The translations under genes and the position numbers were made by a program. A stretch of DNA of 52,141 nt from Thermomicrobiales bacterium (GTDB taxonomy: Bacteria; Chloroflexota; Chloroflexia; Thermomicrobiales; UBA6265): NCBI GenBank assembly GCA_034667245.1, contig JAXDKI010000175.1:1-52141 (forward strand). Direction: 5' to 3'. Within the stretch, counting starts at the first letter, position 1. Every line of letters begins with the position of its first letter. Below the pieces are notes generated by a model. The model was given only the letters and a program-made list of their open reading frames with translations. It made no database searches and was not told the origin of the DNA. Positions 1 to 9,045 of the stretch are shown here, in pieces.

Positions 1-65
1 CGCACGGCGTGCGAGTACCCGGTCGTCGGATGAACGGTCGAGGGGTTGAAGATCGTGAAGTCCAT
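1..65 (-). CDS. RidA/YjgF (L-PSP)-like protein, N-terminal fragment; gene runs off the left edge
   Basis: ATG at 63-65 (minus) with GGAGAA 4 nt upstream. Translates MDFTIFNPSTVHPTTGYSHAV, which resembles RidA N-termini (G-x-YSHAV). Only 21 codons are visible. Confidence 0.4.
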   Translation of the reverse strand, partial: MDFTIFNPSTVHPTTGYSHAV

Positions 66-120
66 CTATTTCTCCAAAGCGTTGCGAACGAGCTAGCCCC
101 CGATCTGGCATTACGCACCG

Positions 121-368
121 CTACTCCGGCAACTCCGCGGTTCGGATGTGCCTGAAGTACACGTCCTCTCCGCGTCGCGCAATCGCGGTGCCGACCGCGA
201 GCTCATGCTCGACGAAAGTAGGGTCGTCGTCGGGCAGCAGGAACACCAGGGTGTCTGGCAGTGGGGATGTGACAACGCGTCGCTGAGGATGGCGTTCGTG
301 TAGCGCCGAACCAAGTTCAGGCGCTTGTCGGTGAAGACGTCGGCGTCTGCCTGCGTACTCATCATCAC
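121..368 (-). pseudogene. Small gene whose plausible coding signal switches frame near 260-280 (frameshift, sequencing error or two artefactual ORFs)
   Basis: ORF 111..368 has a protein-like, high-GC3 N-terminus (MSTQADADVFTDKRLNLVRRYTNAILSDAL) and then degenerates. ORF 121..372 has a junk N-terminus but a protein-like, high-GC3 C-terminus (PLPDTLVFLLPDDDPTFVEHELAVGTAIARRGEDVYFRHIRTAELPE). It starts immediately after the stop of the upstream aminopeptidase gene. Confidence 0.3.
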
Positions 369-1472
369 TCACACGACGATCCGCCCGTCTCGCAGGAAGA
401 CCTGGCCGTCCACGGTCACTGTCCCACCCTGGCGGAGGTCGCAGATCAGGTCCCAGTGGATGGCGGAGCGGTTGGTGCTGCCACTGTCAGGGTAGCCGGA
501 GCCGACCGCCATGTGGACGGTACCGCCGATCTTCTCGTCGAGCAGGATGTTTCGCGTGAAGCGGGTGATGTCGGTGTTAGTCCCGAAGGCGAACTCGCCG
601 AGATATCGAGCCCCCTCGTCGGTGTCGAGGGTCTGGAGCAGGTAGTCCTCGTTTTTCGCCGCGCTGGCATCGACCACCCGTCCGGCGTCGAAACGGAGCC
701 GGATGTCCGCGATCTCCCGCCCGTTGGTCACGACCGGATAAGAGCATCGGACGTACCCCGTGGCCGAGGTTTCGATCGGTCCGGTGAAGATTTCGCCGGA
801 GGGGAAGTTGCGATGACCGTCGGAGTTGATCCAGGTCCGCCCCTTAACCGACAGCCGGAGGTCGGTGTCCGGTCCGACGACGTGGATATCATCTTTGTCG
901 GCCAGCCACGCGATCAGTCGCGCCTGCTCGTCGTGGAGCGCGTTCCAGGCGGCGACCGGGTCGGGTTGGTTGAGCTTGCACGCCGCAAAGAGGAACTCCG
1001 CGAAGTCTGCGGTCGCCAGCTCGGCGTCCTGGGCGTAGGCATCGGTCGGATAGAGCGTGCTCGACCAACGGACCTCCCCGGTTGCGGCCCGTTGGAGAAA
1101 AGTCTGGTGGAGTTCGGTGCGCGCCCGTTGGTACAGCCGCTGCCGGCCGGGATCGACCCCCGAGTTGACCCGTGTGTTCGTCTCGGCGCCGACGGTGATC
1201 ATCGCGTCCGCCTGCGTCCGCACAAACCGCTCCACCGGCGAGACGAAGGAGAGTTGGTCGTCGGATCCGCGTGCGACCAGGTCGGTCGTCAAACCGGGGA
1301 ACACGGGGATCATCACCGGGAACGCACCCCGCGCCACCACCTCACGATAGATCGCCCGTAGCAGCGGTTCGGCGGCAGTGCCACCGGTAATCGCGACGGT
1401 CTCACCCGGCCTGACGTCGATCGAATAGCCGACGAGCACGCTCGCCCACTTCTCCATGCGGGGATCCGGCAC
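369..1472 (-). CDS. Aminopeptidase, peptidase family M29 (AmpS/PepS-like)
   Basis: ORF 369..1508. The N-terminus PDPRMEKWASVLVGYSIDVRPGETVAITG and a length of about 370 aa fit M29. GTG at 1472 has GAGAAGG 6 nt upstream and is preferred over GTG at 1508. Confidence 0.85.
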   Translation of the reverse strand: MPDPRMEKWASVLVGYSIDVRPGETVAITGGTAAEPLLRAIYREVVARGAFPVMIPVFPGLTTDLVARGSDDQLSFVSPVERFVRTQADAMITVGAETNTRVNSGVDPGRQRLYQRARTELHQTFLQRAATGEVRWSSTLYPTDAYAQDAELATADFAEFLFAACKLNQPDPVAAWNALHDEQARLIAWLADKDDIHVVGPDTDLRLSVKGRTWINSDGHRNFPSGEIFTGPIETSATGYVRCSYPVVTNGREIADIRLRFDAGRVVDASAAKNEDYLLQTLDTDEGARYLGEFAFGTNTDITRFTRNILLDEKIGGTVHMAVGSGYPDSGSTNRSAIHWDLICDLRQGGTVTVDGQVFLRDGRIVV

Positions 1473-1662
1473 AGGCTGCCTTCTCTTTCTGTCGATAGCT
1501 CCGTCCACCAGTCAGTGGCCCTTATACCACTCCAGGTCCCGCGATGGCATCGGATTGCCGCAAGCTGCCGACCGAGCGAAGAGTACGAAACCGCGCCTGG
1601 ATCTGTTCCAGACGCGGCTTCTCATCATTTCAGATCTGATTGTTGACGTGAGACTCCACGCC

Positions 1663-2271
1663 TTAGAAAGACGGTCTCGGCGCCATCGTCGCAGGCGGCA
1701 CCGCGGGCGCGCTGAGTGTGAACGGAGGATAGGCATCGGTCAGCATCAGCACGTACGCCGTCACGCGGTAGGCCCAGCGAGAGACCCCGGTGACGAAGTC
1801 GAACATGCCCTGCGGGTAGCGACCGGTAATGAGAATAGCAAACCAGGCGATCAGCCAAACGACATACAACGCCACCCCGAGGATGTAGAGGACGATCGCG
1901 TGGGGGATGATCAGTAGCCACTTGACAAAAATCAGGAGCCGGCTCAGCCGCTCCGGATAGGCCATCTCGAACGTCACTGGGTAGTCACCGTCGCCGAAGG
2001 GCGGATATTCGTCCCGCTGCAAATAGATGTAGGCGTTGAGGCGTGCCTGCCAGCGCAGCGTCATCATCGCGAAGTCCCACAAGCCACGCGGGTACCGGCC
2101 GACGATGAGAATGGCAAACCAGGCGAAGAACGTCGTCACATACAAGGCGAAGCCGAGGATCGTGATCACGAACAGGTGCGGGATGATCAGCAGCCACTTC
2201 ACGAAGATCAGCAACCGGCTCAACCGCTCCGGATATGCCACCTCGTAGTGCAGCAACGGTTGATTGTCCAC
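1663..2271 (-). CDS. Membrane protein with two tandem DUF4389-type domains
   Basis: GTG start with a GGGAGGAG SD. The module AYPERLSRLLIFVKWLLIIPH + two hydrophobic helices + GRYP(R/Q)G occurs twice. Confidence 0.85.
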   Translation of the reverse strand: MDNQPLLHYEVAYPERLSRLLIFVKWLLIIPHLFVITILGFALYVTTFFAWFAILIVGRYPRGLWDFAMMTLRWQARLNAYIYLQRDEYPPFGDGDYPVTFEMAYPERLSRLLIFVKWLLIIPHAIVLYILGVALYVVWLIAWFAILITGRYPQGMFDFVTGVSRWAYRVTAYVLMLTDAYPPFTLSAPAVPPATMAPRPSF

Positions 2272-2432
2272 GTATCCAGACTCCTCCCTGAGTCGTCATG
2301 AATGGAACGCGCGGCCAAATGCCTCACGCCCCGACCGAGCGCGGGTTTCCCTATCCGTGCGGGGAATCTTTCGCTTGCTACTCTAACAGTGATGTCAAAA
2401 AGTATCAGCCTGGATCGGGAAGGACGATGGTC

Positions 2433-3617
2433 CTAGATCGCCCTCGACACCGGGAGTCGAGCCACGGCATGCTGCGCCGCCCGATCCAGCCCGGCAGCAA
2501 GATCGGCCTCGAGATCGGCCGGATCCTCCAAACCCACTGCAACGCGGATCAACCCTTCCCCTGACGAGTCGAACGGCCAGACGAGGGTCGAGCTGTCGCC
2601 GAGACTGACCGCGATCGTGCAGAGCTGGAGCGCATTTAGGCAGGCCCGGGCCGCGACCGGTCCGCCCTTCAGCGTGAACGAGAGGACACCGCCGAACCGC
2701 TCGCCGGTCGATCGCGCGACCGCGTCCGCTCCGGGATGACCGGGCAGCGATGGATAATTCACTGTTGCCACCGCTGGATGCTCCGCCAGGAAAGCGGCAA
2801 GTCGCGCCGTTGTCGCCGAGTGCCGCTCCATCCGCAGCGGCAGCGTCTTGATTCCGATCAGCAGGAGCCAGGCGGCGAACGGCGTCATGTTCCCGCCCTG
2901 CCGCGCCAGACGCGCCGCGATCGGCCCGATCACCTCCCGCCGCCCGGCGACGACCCCGCCGAGCGCCTGACCCGTCCCCGAGAGGTATTTGGTCGCGCTG
3001 TGCAGCACGAGGTCGGCGCCATGCTCGATCGGCCGCAATAGCGCGGGCGAGAGAAATGTGTTGTCCACGATGAGCAACGCACCGTGGCCATGAGCGATCT
3101 CCGCCAGGGCGCCGAGATCGGCCACCTTCAAGCGCGGGTTGGAGAGCGATTCGACAAAGATCGCCCGCGTCTGCGGCGTGAACGCCGCCTCCACTGCCGC
3201 CAGATCGCGCACGTCGAGGCGGCTGACCGTCACGCCCTGAGCGGGCAGGTCCTGGCAGAGGAGGTCGCCGCTGACGTTGTAGAGCTCGTCCGCCGCGATG
3301 AGGTGACCGCCGGCGGCGGTCACCTGCGTCAGTGTCGCGGCAATCGCGGCCATGCCGGTCGCCGCCGCGGCTGCCGCCTCGGCCCCCTCCAGGTCCGCCA
3401 TCTTGAGCTCGAAGCAACGGACCGTCGGGTTGCCGTAGCGGGCGTAGACGAAGTGCGGCACCTGGCCCGCCTCGAACCCCTCGACCTGCTCGTAGGAGCG
3501 GAAGGCGTAGGTACTGCTCCCGTACAGCGGCACCCCATGAGCACCGGTCGACGGGTCCGGCGCCTCCCCGGCGTGAACGACGCGTGTGTCGAACGATTGG
3601 GGACGAGATTGGGACAC
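2433..3617 (-). CDS. Cys/Met-metabolism PLP-dependent enzyme (cystathionine gamma-synthase/lyase or O-acylhomoserine sulfhydrylase family)
   Basis: 394 aa. FDTRVVHAG N-terminus, ESLSNP, PLP-lysine motif HSATKYLSG. GTG start with AGGAGGG upstream. Confidence 0.9.
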   Translation of the reverse strand: MSQSRPQSFDTRVVHAGEAPDPSTGAHGVPLYGSSTYAFRSYEQVEGFEAGQVPHFVYARYGNPTVRCFELKMADLEGAEAAAAAATGMAAIAATLTQVTAAGGHLIAADELYNVSGDLLCQDLPAQGVTVSRLDVRDLAAVEAAFTPQTRAIFVESLSNPRLKVADLGALAEIAHGHGALLIVDNTFLSPALLRPIEHGADLVLHSATKYLSGTGQALGGVVAGRREVIGPIAARLARQGGNMTPFAAWLLLIGIKTLPLRMERHSATTARLAAFLAEHPAVATVNYPSLPGHPGADAVARSTGERFGGVLSFTLKGGPVAARACLNALQLCTIAVSLGDSSTLVWPFDSSGEGLIRVAVGLEDPADLEADLAAGLDRAAQHAVARLPVSRAI

Positions 3618-3743
3618 GGACCGCAGACCCTCCTGGCATCAAGACGTCGTCGACCGATCTACCCCGAGTGTACGGCATGGAGTGATGCGAGCTATCGGCA
3701 CGCCCTGGAAGCGCCCCGGCGGACGCCAGCCGGGCCCCAAAAT

Positions 3744-5507
3744 CTAAGACGCCGCGGGCGACGCCACCGGCGTACCGTCGGCCGCCCCGTACGCCGCCGG
3801 GACGGCGAGCACCATCGTCATCCCACGCAGGCCGTTTCGGGTGAAACCGGCCGCTGCCAGCGACTGCACCGAGGACAGATCGAGCGACGCGGTGTCGGCC
3901 GCGAGCGACTCATCTGCTTGCTGCGCGAGCGGAATGAGCCGACCGAGATCGAGGTAAAGCTGCCAATCCCGCTCGGCCGGCAAGGCAGCCATCGCCTCCT
4001 GGTAGCGAGGATTGCCGGCGAGGGTTTCGGCCGGCCCGGCAAGGAAGTCGCTCAGACCACTCCGGTAGCCGAGGAGGAATCGCTGGCCGGCGACGCCAAA
4101 CTCGAGGTGGAGCACCGTGCCGTCCTCATCTACCGGCAGGTCGAGTACCTGGATCAACCCACCATCGACCTCCTTCGCCCCCGGCACTGGTCCCGTCCCG
4201 GCACCATTGTCGAACGTCGCGGCGTTCAGCAGCACGGCGAGTTTCGACGTCGCATCGGCGACAGGGAGCGGGTCGTCCACGCCCGAGACGAGGACGGCGT
4301 CGACACCACCGACGTCGAGCGACGTCGCCGACGCCGCCAGCCCGTACTCCCCAACCAATTGCCGGGCGAAGTCGTCGCGCAGATCGAACGTCAGCACCCG
4401 CGAGGCCGCCTCGAAGTACTGCGCGGGTTCGAGGGGAACCACTCCGGTCTGGTCGGAAACGAGACTGGCCACTCCCTGCGCGATGAGGAGGATGAGCGTC
4501 TCGAAACCCGTGCTCTCGCCAAGGTCGATACCGTTGAGGAAGAGGAGGGTATCCGCCGGGACCTGCTGGTCGAGTGCCAGCTCGGGCGCCGGATGGTCGG
4601 CGGGCGCGGCCATCCCGGTGCCGGGTGCCAGTCGAAGATCGAGGCGCACCTGCCCAACGTCCGCCGACAGCGCCAGGGCGAAACGGTGATTTATCTTCGG
4701 CGCCAGGGAGGCCACGAACGGCGCGAGAGTGGGATCCTCGATCGTGGCCTGCTGCAGCGGCGCTCGGAGCGCTTCGCCGTCGACGTAGGCATAGGCAATC
4801 GCAGCGGTCGGGAGGTCCGCCCGCAGCTTCGCGACGTCGGCCTCGTCGGCGAGCGCCGGTGCGTCGCCCGCGTGAACGTCGATGACCGGGTAGAGATCCT
4901 GCGGCGTATCGGCGAAGACGACGACGTCGCCAAACTGGGCGATCGCCTGATCCTCGGGGACGGAGACGATCGTCACCCCGTTGTAGGTCGCGCGCTCGAC
5001 GGTCTTGTCGGCGTCCGCGGCGCGTTGAGCAAGCGCGGACTCCTCCTCAGTAAAGACGTCTGCGGCATGAGCCGGCAGTGACAGGATCGCGACCAGCCCG
5101 GGAGCGCTCTCCCCATCGGAATCGTCGCCAGTAGCAGCGGCAAGATCGGTGACGACGATGCCGAGCTCGGCGCCGGCAAGGCGATTCCCCTCGTCGAATC
5201 CGGCCGTCCCAATCAGGTCCTCGCTCGCGCCCGCCCAGAATTCGTCGACCGCGTCGCCGAGACCGAGCCGCCGCAGCAGAGCATCCGCCAGCATCAGCTG
5301 CCTGGAGGCCGGATCGATCGTCACGGCGACATAGATCGGTGCATCGGCCGGTGTGAGCGCCGCGGTCGCCGGCATCGCCGCCTGGGCGTGAGCCGCCGGC
5401 GGCCGGACGATACCGGACGCCGCGGTCATCCCGATCAGGAGGGCAAAGACGGCCGCGATCGCGGTCAGGTCCGCACGACGACTGCTGGGTGATTGTTTCG
5501 GGTGCAT
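3744..5507 (-). CDS. Secreted or membrane-anchored protein of unknown function (DUF3352-like, assignment from memory)
   Basis: ATG at 5507 with GGAGGA 7 nt upstream (the ORF is open to 5558). Signal/anchor LTAIAAVFALLIGMTAASG...AHAQA, then a roughly 550-aa Ala/Asp/Leu-rich domain with high GC3. Confidence 0.8.
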   Translation of the reverse strand: MHPKQSPSSRRADLTAIAAVFALLIGMTAASGIVRPPAAHAQAAMPATAALTPADAPIYVAVTIDPASRQLMLADALLRRLGLGDAVDEFWAGASEDLIGTAGFDEGNRLAGAELGIVVTDLAAATGDDSDGESAPGLVAILSLPAHAADVFTEEESALAQRAADADKTVERATYNGVTIVSVPEDQAIAQFGDVVVFADTPQDLYPVIDVHAGDAPALADEADVAKLRADLPTAAIAYAYVDGEALRAPLQQATIEDPTLAPFVASLAPKINHRFALALSADVGQVRLDLRLAPGTGMAAPADHPAPELALDQQVPADTLLFLNGIDLGESTGFETLILLIAQGVASLVSDQTGVVPLEPAQYFEAASRVLTFDLRDDFARQLVGEYGLAASATSLDVGGVDAVLVSGVDDPLPVADATSKLAVLLNAATFDNGAGTGPVPGAKEVDGGLIQVLDLPVDEDGTVLHLEFGVAGQRFLLGYRSGLSDFLAGPAETLAGNPRYQEAMAALPAERDWQLYLDLGRLIPLAQQADESLAADTASLDLSSVQSLAAAGFTRNGLRGMTMVLAVPAAYGAADGTPVASPAAS

Positions 5508-5595
5508 CTCCGGTTCCTCCTTCAACAAATGGTCGCTTCCCGCCTCACCCCCTATCACAATTCTGACGCCGCGTTGTTCGAAAATCGAAGCCCCG

Positions 5596-6606
5596 TCACA
5601 CCACCTCTTCTGCGATGATCATGACGACCTCACCCTGCTGCGTTGCCGCGCGGAATTTGCGCTGCATCACGTAGCCGTCGCCGTCGGCGACGATCTCGAC
5701 GGCCGGTTCGTCCCACCGCTCGAAGTCGTGGATGCGGGTCACCGGCGTGCCGGCACGGACGAAGGCGCCAAGCGGCACCAAGGGTTCGCTGATCCCACTT
5801 ACCGGCGCGGTGATCCAGCGGTCGACATCGGTCGCCGCGACGACGCGCTGGCGGTCGAGCCCCGGCGGGGTCAGGTCAACGACCGGTTCGTCGAGCAGAC
5901 CGTTGTGCCGCATCACGTTGAGCACGCCGTGGTGCGCCCAACGAACGCCGTCGAGATCGGTCGACGCGCCGTAGCCCAGCTCACTGCCGATCGTGATCTT
6001 CCCCATCGCTTCCGCTTCTTCGGTGAGCAGTCCCGTCCCCATATCGCTCGTGTAGACCATCGTCCAGGGAGTGCCGAAGAGGAGCGCCGTTTCCTTGAAT
6101 TTCGCGTACAGCCCCGGATCGGCGACCTGATGGAACGACATCGTCCGGATGATCTCCATCGTCTTCCCGCCCGAGTGGATGTCGATCACCACATCGGAGC
6201 GGCGGAGCACCTCGTCGGTGACGAAACGAGCGATCCGGCTTGTGATCGAACCGCTCGGATCGCCGGGAAAGGCTCGGTTCATGTTCATCCCGTCGAGCGA
6301 TGAATGGCGCTGGTCGGCCCGGAACGCCGGCACGTTCAGGACCGGGATCACGATCAGCCGGCCCGCGACCAGCTTGCCCGGATCGAGCTCCCGGATCAGG
6401 TTCTTCAACCCGACCGGTCCCTCGTACTCGTCGCCGTGCGTCCCGCCGATCGCGACGATGGTCGGCCCCGACTGCTTGGCACAGGCGACGTAGACCGGCA
6501 CCCGCACCCGCCCCCAGGTCCCGTCCATCGTGAACGGCACGCTGTAGCGCCGGGCCCCGGGCGTTTCCCAATCGATCTTCCGCACAGGCGTGACGTCGAG
6601 GATCAT
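5596..6606 (-). CDS. Succinylglutamate desuccinylase/aspartoacylase (AstE/AspA) family zinc deacylase
   Basis: Motifs GGTHGDEYEG, NRAFPG and IDIHSGG. ATG at 6606 with a GGGAGAAGGGG SD region is preferred over the longer ORF start at 6654. Confidence 0.85.
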   Translation of the reverse strand: MILDVTPVRKIDWETPGARRYSVPFTMDGTWGRVRVPVYVACAKQSGPTIVAIGGTHGDEYEGPVGLKNLIRELDPGKLVAGRLIVIPVLNVPAFRADQRHSSLDGMNMNRAFPGDPSGSITSRIARFVTDEVLRRSDVVIDIHSGGKTMEIIRTMSFHQVADPGLYAKFKETALLFGTPWTMVYTSDMGTGLLTEEAEAMGKITIGSELGYGASTDLDGVRWAHHGVLNVMRHNGLLDEPVVDLTPPGLDRQRVVAATDVDRWITAPVSGISEPLVPLGAFVRAGTPVTRIHDFERWDEPAVEIVADGDGYVMQRKFRAATQQGEVVMIIAEEVV

Positions 6607-6866
6607 GCTTCCCCTTCTCCCGAACCGATGGCCAATACCGATGTCCGATAGCATCGCACGGATCGGCCGCCTCGTCGCGGGTCACCCGTCGCCCCCGCTC
6701 GATGCCGGTGGATCGCCCTCCGAGCAGGCCTCACATGCGGTCGCGTCAACTTCGACGAGAGCGCCCCCGTCTAGGAACGACCGATGAGCGAACAATCGTT
6801 CGTCGACGATCGCCATTTGCTGTGCATCATTTAGATATTCGCTATGAATTGACTACGTGGAACAGT

Positions 6867-6896
6867 TTGACGCGGTCGTCGCCTTCCATCTATAGT
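6867..6896 (+). promoter_or_regulatory. Candidate sigma70-type promoter for the lytic transglycosylase gene
   Basis: TTGACG (6867-6872), 18 nt spacer, TATAGT (6891-6896), in a locally AT-richer stretch about 55 nt upstream of ATG 6949. Confidence 0.35.
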
Positions 6897-6948
6897 CGGT
6901 GGCGCCCACGCTTCGTCCCGTCCGCTTCTGTTCGACCGAGGACGATCC

Positions 6949-7878
6949 ATGCTACGCCGCCTCAGCGCCTTCGCCCTTGCGCTCATGATCGTGCTGCTCC
7001 TGATCGGCACGGTTCCCGCGACCGCCTTCGCTGTCTCGACTTCGACGCCGACCACTGACGAGGTGGGGTCGCTGCGCGCCCGGCCCAGCCCGCGGCCGTA
7101 CGACAATCCCAACTCGAAGCCCAGGACTGGCGACAACGTGCGCGGCAGTCGTGCGCTCGAGACAACCGATGAGGCCGGTCCTCCCCGCCTCGACGACGCC
7201 GTCCTTCGGTGGCTGCCCGAGATGACCGAGGCATCCAACACGACGGGAACGCCGATCAGCCTGATCGCCGGGATCATGCGCGTCGAATCGGGAGGCGACC
7301 CCACCATCACCTCGCCCCAAGGCGCTCAGGGCCTGATGCAGGTGATGCCCGATGAACTCGCGACACAGGGGATCTCGCAGGAGAAATGGCTTGACCCACC
7401 GACCAACGTGATGGCCGGCGCGGTGATCCTCGCCCAGCGCTCGGGCAACGGTTGGGAGAGCGCCGCGGCGTATTACTTCGGGATCGGGTGCGACTACTAC
7501 GGGACCTGCACCTACGGCTACGCCGTCGCCATCATCGGCTGGGCGAATGCCTACGCCGCACTGCTCGGCGATCCGATCTGGTACGACGTCGGACGGATTC
7601 CCGACGTACCCGACTCGCCGGAGCCAACGCCGACCCCCACCCTGACCCCAACCCCGACCGCCAGCAGCACGCCCGACGAAGAGACCAGCACCCCCACGCC
7701 AGAACCGACGGGAGAACCGACCGACGTAACGACCGAAGAACCAACGGCGGTGCCGACGGACGAACCGACCGCGGTTCCGACCGACGTGCCGACAGAGGTT
7801 CCTACCGAGGAGGCATCGCCGGATTCCGGCGCAGAAAATGCGTCGTCAGGCGACGCGGACGGAACCCCGAACAGCTAA
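6949..7878 (+). CDS. Secreted lytic transglycosylase (SLT domain) with C-terminal Pro/Thr/Glu-rich tail
   Basis: Signal peptide LSAFALALMIVLLLIGTVPATAFA. SLT signature IMRVESGGDP...AQGLMQVMP. Tail of EPTAVPTD-like repeats. GAGGA SD. Confidence 0.88.
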   Translation: MLRRLSAFALALMIVLLLIGTVPATAFAVSTSTPTTDEVGSLRARPSPRPYDNPNSKPRTGDNVRGSRALETTDEAGPPRLDDAVLRWLPEMTEASNTTGTPISLIAGIMRVESGGDPTITSPQGAQGLMQVMPDELATQGISQEKWLDPPTNVMAGAVILAQRSGNGWESAAAYYFGIGCDYYGTCTYGYAVAIIGWANAYAALLGDPIWYDVGRIPDVPDSPEPTPTPTLTPTPTASSTPDEETSTPTPEPTGEPTDVTTEEPTAVPTDEPTAVPTDVPTEVPTEEASPDSGAENASSGDADGTPNS

Positions 7879-7880
7879 CG

Positions 7881-7902
7881 GCAGCCCCACCGCTGGGGCT
7901 GC
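7881..7902 (+). terminator. Stem-loop after the lytic transglycosylase gene
   Basis: gcagcccca ccgc tggggctgc (9-bp stem) beginning 3 nt after the stop. No clear U-tract. Confidence 0.35.
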
Positions 7903-8026
7903 AATCAAGAATCGCCGTCCCCTGCCGTAGACGTGCGCACGCGGAAGGCGTAATCTGCCGACCATCCCACGTCAGCGCTCCCGCTGACGGTTGAAGACTG
8001 ACGGCTGATCGCTGGAGGAATAGAGC

Positions 8027-8980
8027 GTGTCCGCAACGGCAACCTCGACCGGAGCCCGCAAAGTCATCGTCACCTGCGCCGTGACCGGCTCGGTGCACGT
8101 CCCGTCGCAGTCGCCTTATCTCCCCCTCACGCCGGAGCAGATCGCCGATTCCGCGGTCGGAGCCGCCGAGGCCGGCGCCGCGATCCTCCACCTCCACGCC
8201 CGTCGCCGCGAGAACGGCCGTCCCACCCCCGACCCCGACGTCTTCATGGAGTTCCTGCCGGTTATCAAGTCCCGCTCCAACGCCGTCGTCAACATCACCA
8301 CCGGCGGCGGTCAGGGCATGAGTCTCCAGGAGCGCCTCGCCCCACCGCTACGTGCCAAACCGGAGATGTGCTCACTCAACATGGGCTCGATGAATTTCGG
8401 CCGCTACCCGATCATGTCCCGGATCAAGGAGTATCGCTACGACTGGGAGCAAGCCGACCTCGAGAGCTCCCGCGACTACATCTTTCGCAACACCTACGCC
8501 GACGTCGAATACATCCTGCGCGAGCTCGGCGAGACCCACGGCGTCCGCTTCGAATTCGAGTGCTACGACGTCGGCCACCTCTACAATCTGGCCCACTTCC
8601 TCGACCGCGGACTGGTCAAACCGCCCCTCTTCGTCCAGACCATCTTCGGCATCCTCGGCGGCATCGGCGCCGACCCCGAAGACCTCCTCCACATGAAGCG
8701 AACCGCCGACCGCCTCTTCGGCGACGCCTATCTCTGGTCGATCCTCGGCGCCGGCCGCCACCAGTTCAACCTCGTCACCATGGGCGCGATCATGGGCGGC
8801 AACGTCCGCGTCGGCCTGGAGGACAACGTCTACCTCGGCAAAGGCGAGCTCGCCAAGTCCAACGGCGACCAGGTTGCCAAGATCGTCCGGATATTGCGGG
8901 AATTGTCGTTGGACGTCGCGACGCCCGACGAGGCGCGGCAGATGCTCGGGCTGAAGGGGGCGGACAAGGTCGGGTTCTGA
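8027..8980 (+). CDS. BKACE family enzyme (3-keto-5-aminohexanoate cleavage enzyme-like, DUF849)
   Basis: 317 aa. VIVTCAVTGS, ILHLHAR and NITTGGG motifs typical of the beta-keto acid cleavage family. GTG start with a GGAGGAA SD. Confidence 0.85.
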   Translation: MSATATSTGARKVIVTCAVTGSVHVPSQSPYLPLTPEQIADSAVGAAEAGAAILHLHARRRENGRPTPDPDVFMEFLPVIKSRSNAVVNITTGGGQGMSLQERLAPPLRAKPEMCSLNMGSMNFGRYPIMSRIKEYRYDWEQADLESSRDYIFRNTYADVEYILRELGETHGVRFEFECYDVGHLYNLAHFLDRGLVKPPLFVQTIFGILGGIGADPEDLLHMKRTADRLFGDAYLWSILGAGRHQFNLVTMGAIMGGNVRVGLEDNVYLGKGELAKSNGDQVAKIVRILRELSLDVATPDEARQMLGLKGADKVGF

Positions 8981-8997
8981 CGTCCCGGCGCAACGGT

Positions 8998-9027
8998 TGG
9001 AGGGGCGAAGCCGGCATCGCCCCTCCA
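8998..9027 (+). terminator. Stem-loop between the BKACE and VOC genes
   Basis: tggaggggcg / cgcccctcca 10-bp perfect stem with a 10-nt loop, followed by gtgaacgtttctattc. Confidence 0.4.
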
Positions 9028-9045
9028 GTGAACGTTTCTATTCTA

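Noticed and set aside
3618-3743. Possible SAM or other riboswitch upstream of the Cys/Met PLP enzyme gene. A c-di-AMP (ydaO-type) leader upstream of the lytic transglycosylase (6655-6948) was also considered.
   Set aside because: No conserved riboswitch core sequences were recognisable by eye. The predicted transglycosylase leader is only about 45 nt. A covariance-model scan (Rfam/Infernal) would be needed to be sure.
3084-5081. 665-aa ORF on the plus strand, and similar long ORFs at 17795..19138(-), 19399..21618(-), 27199..28884(+), 29186..30895(+), 35443..36609(-), 47450..48610(+) and 48991..50220(+).
   Set aside because: Each lies antisense to a gene with clear family motifs. Each is Arg/Gly/Asp/Pro-rich with no recognisable domains. 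Such stop-free shadow frames are expected in GC-rich DNA.
8368-9045. N-terminal two-thirds of the 373-aa ORF 8368..9489.
   Set aside because: It overlaps the BKACE gene out of frame and is Arg/Pro-rich junk. Only the last 147 codons (from ATG 9046) look like a real VOC-family protein.
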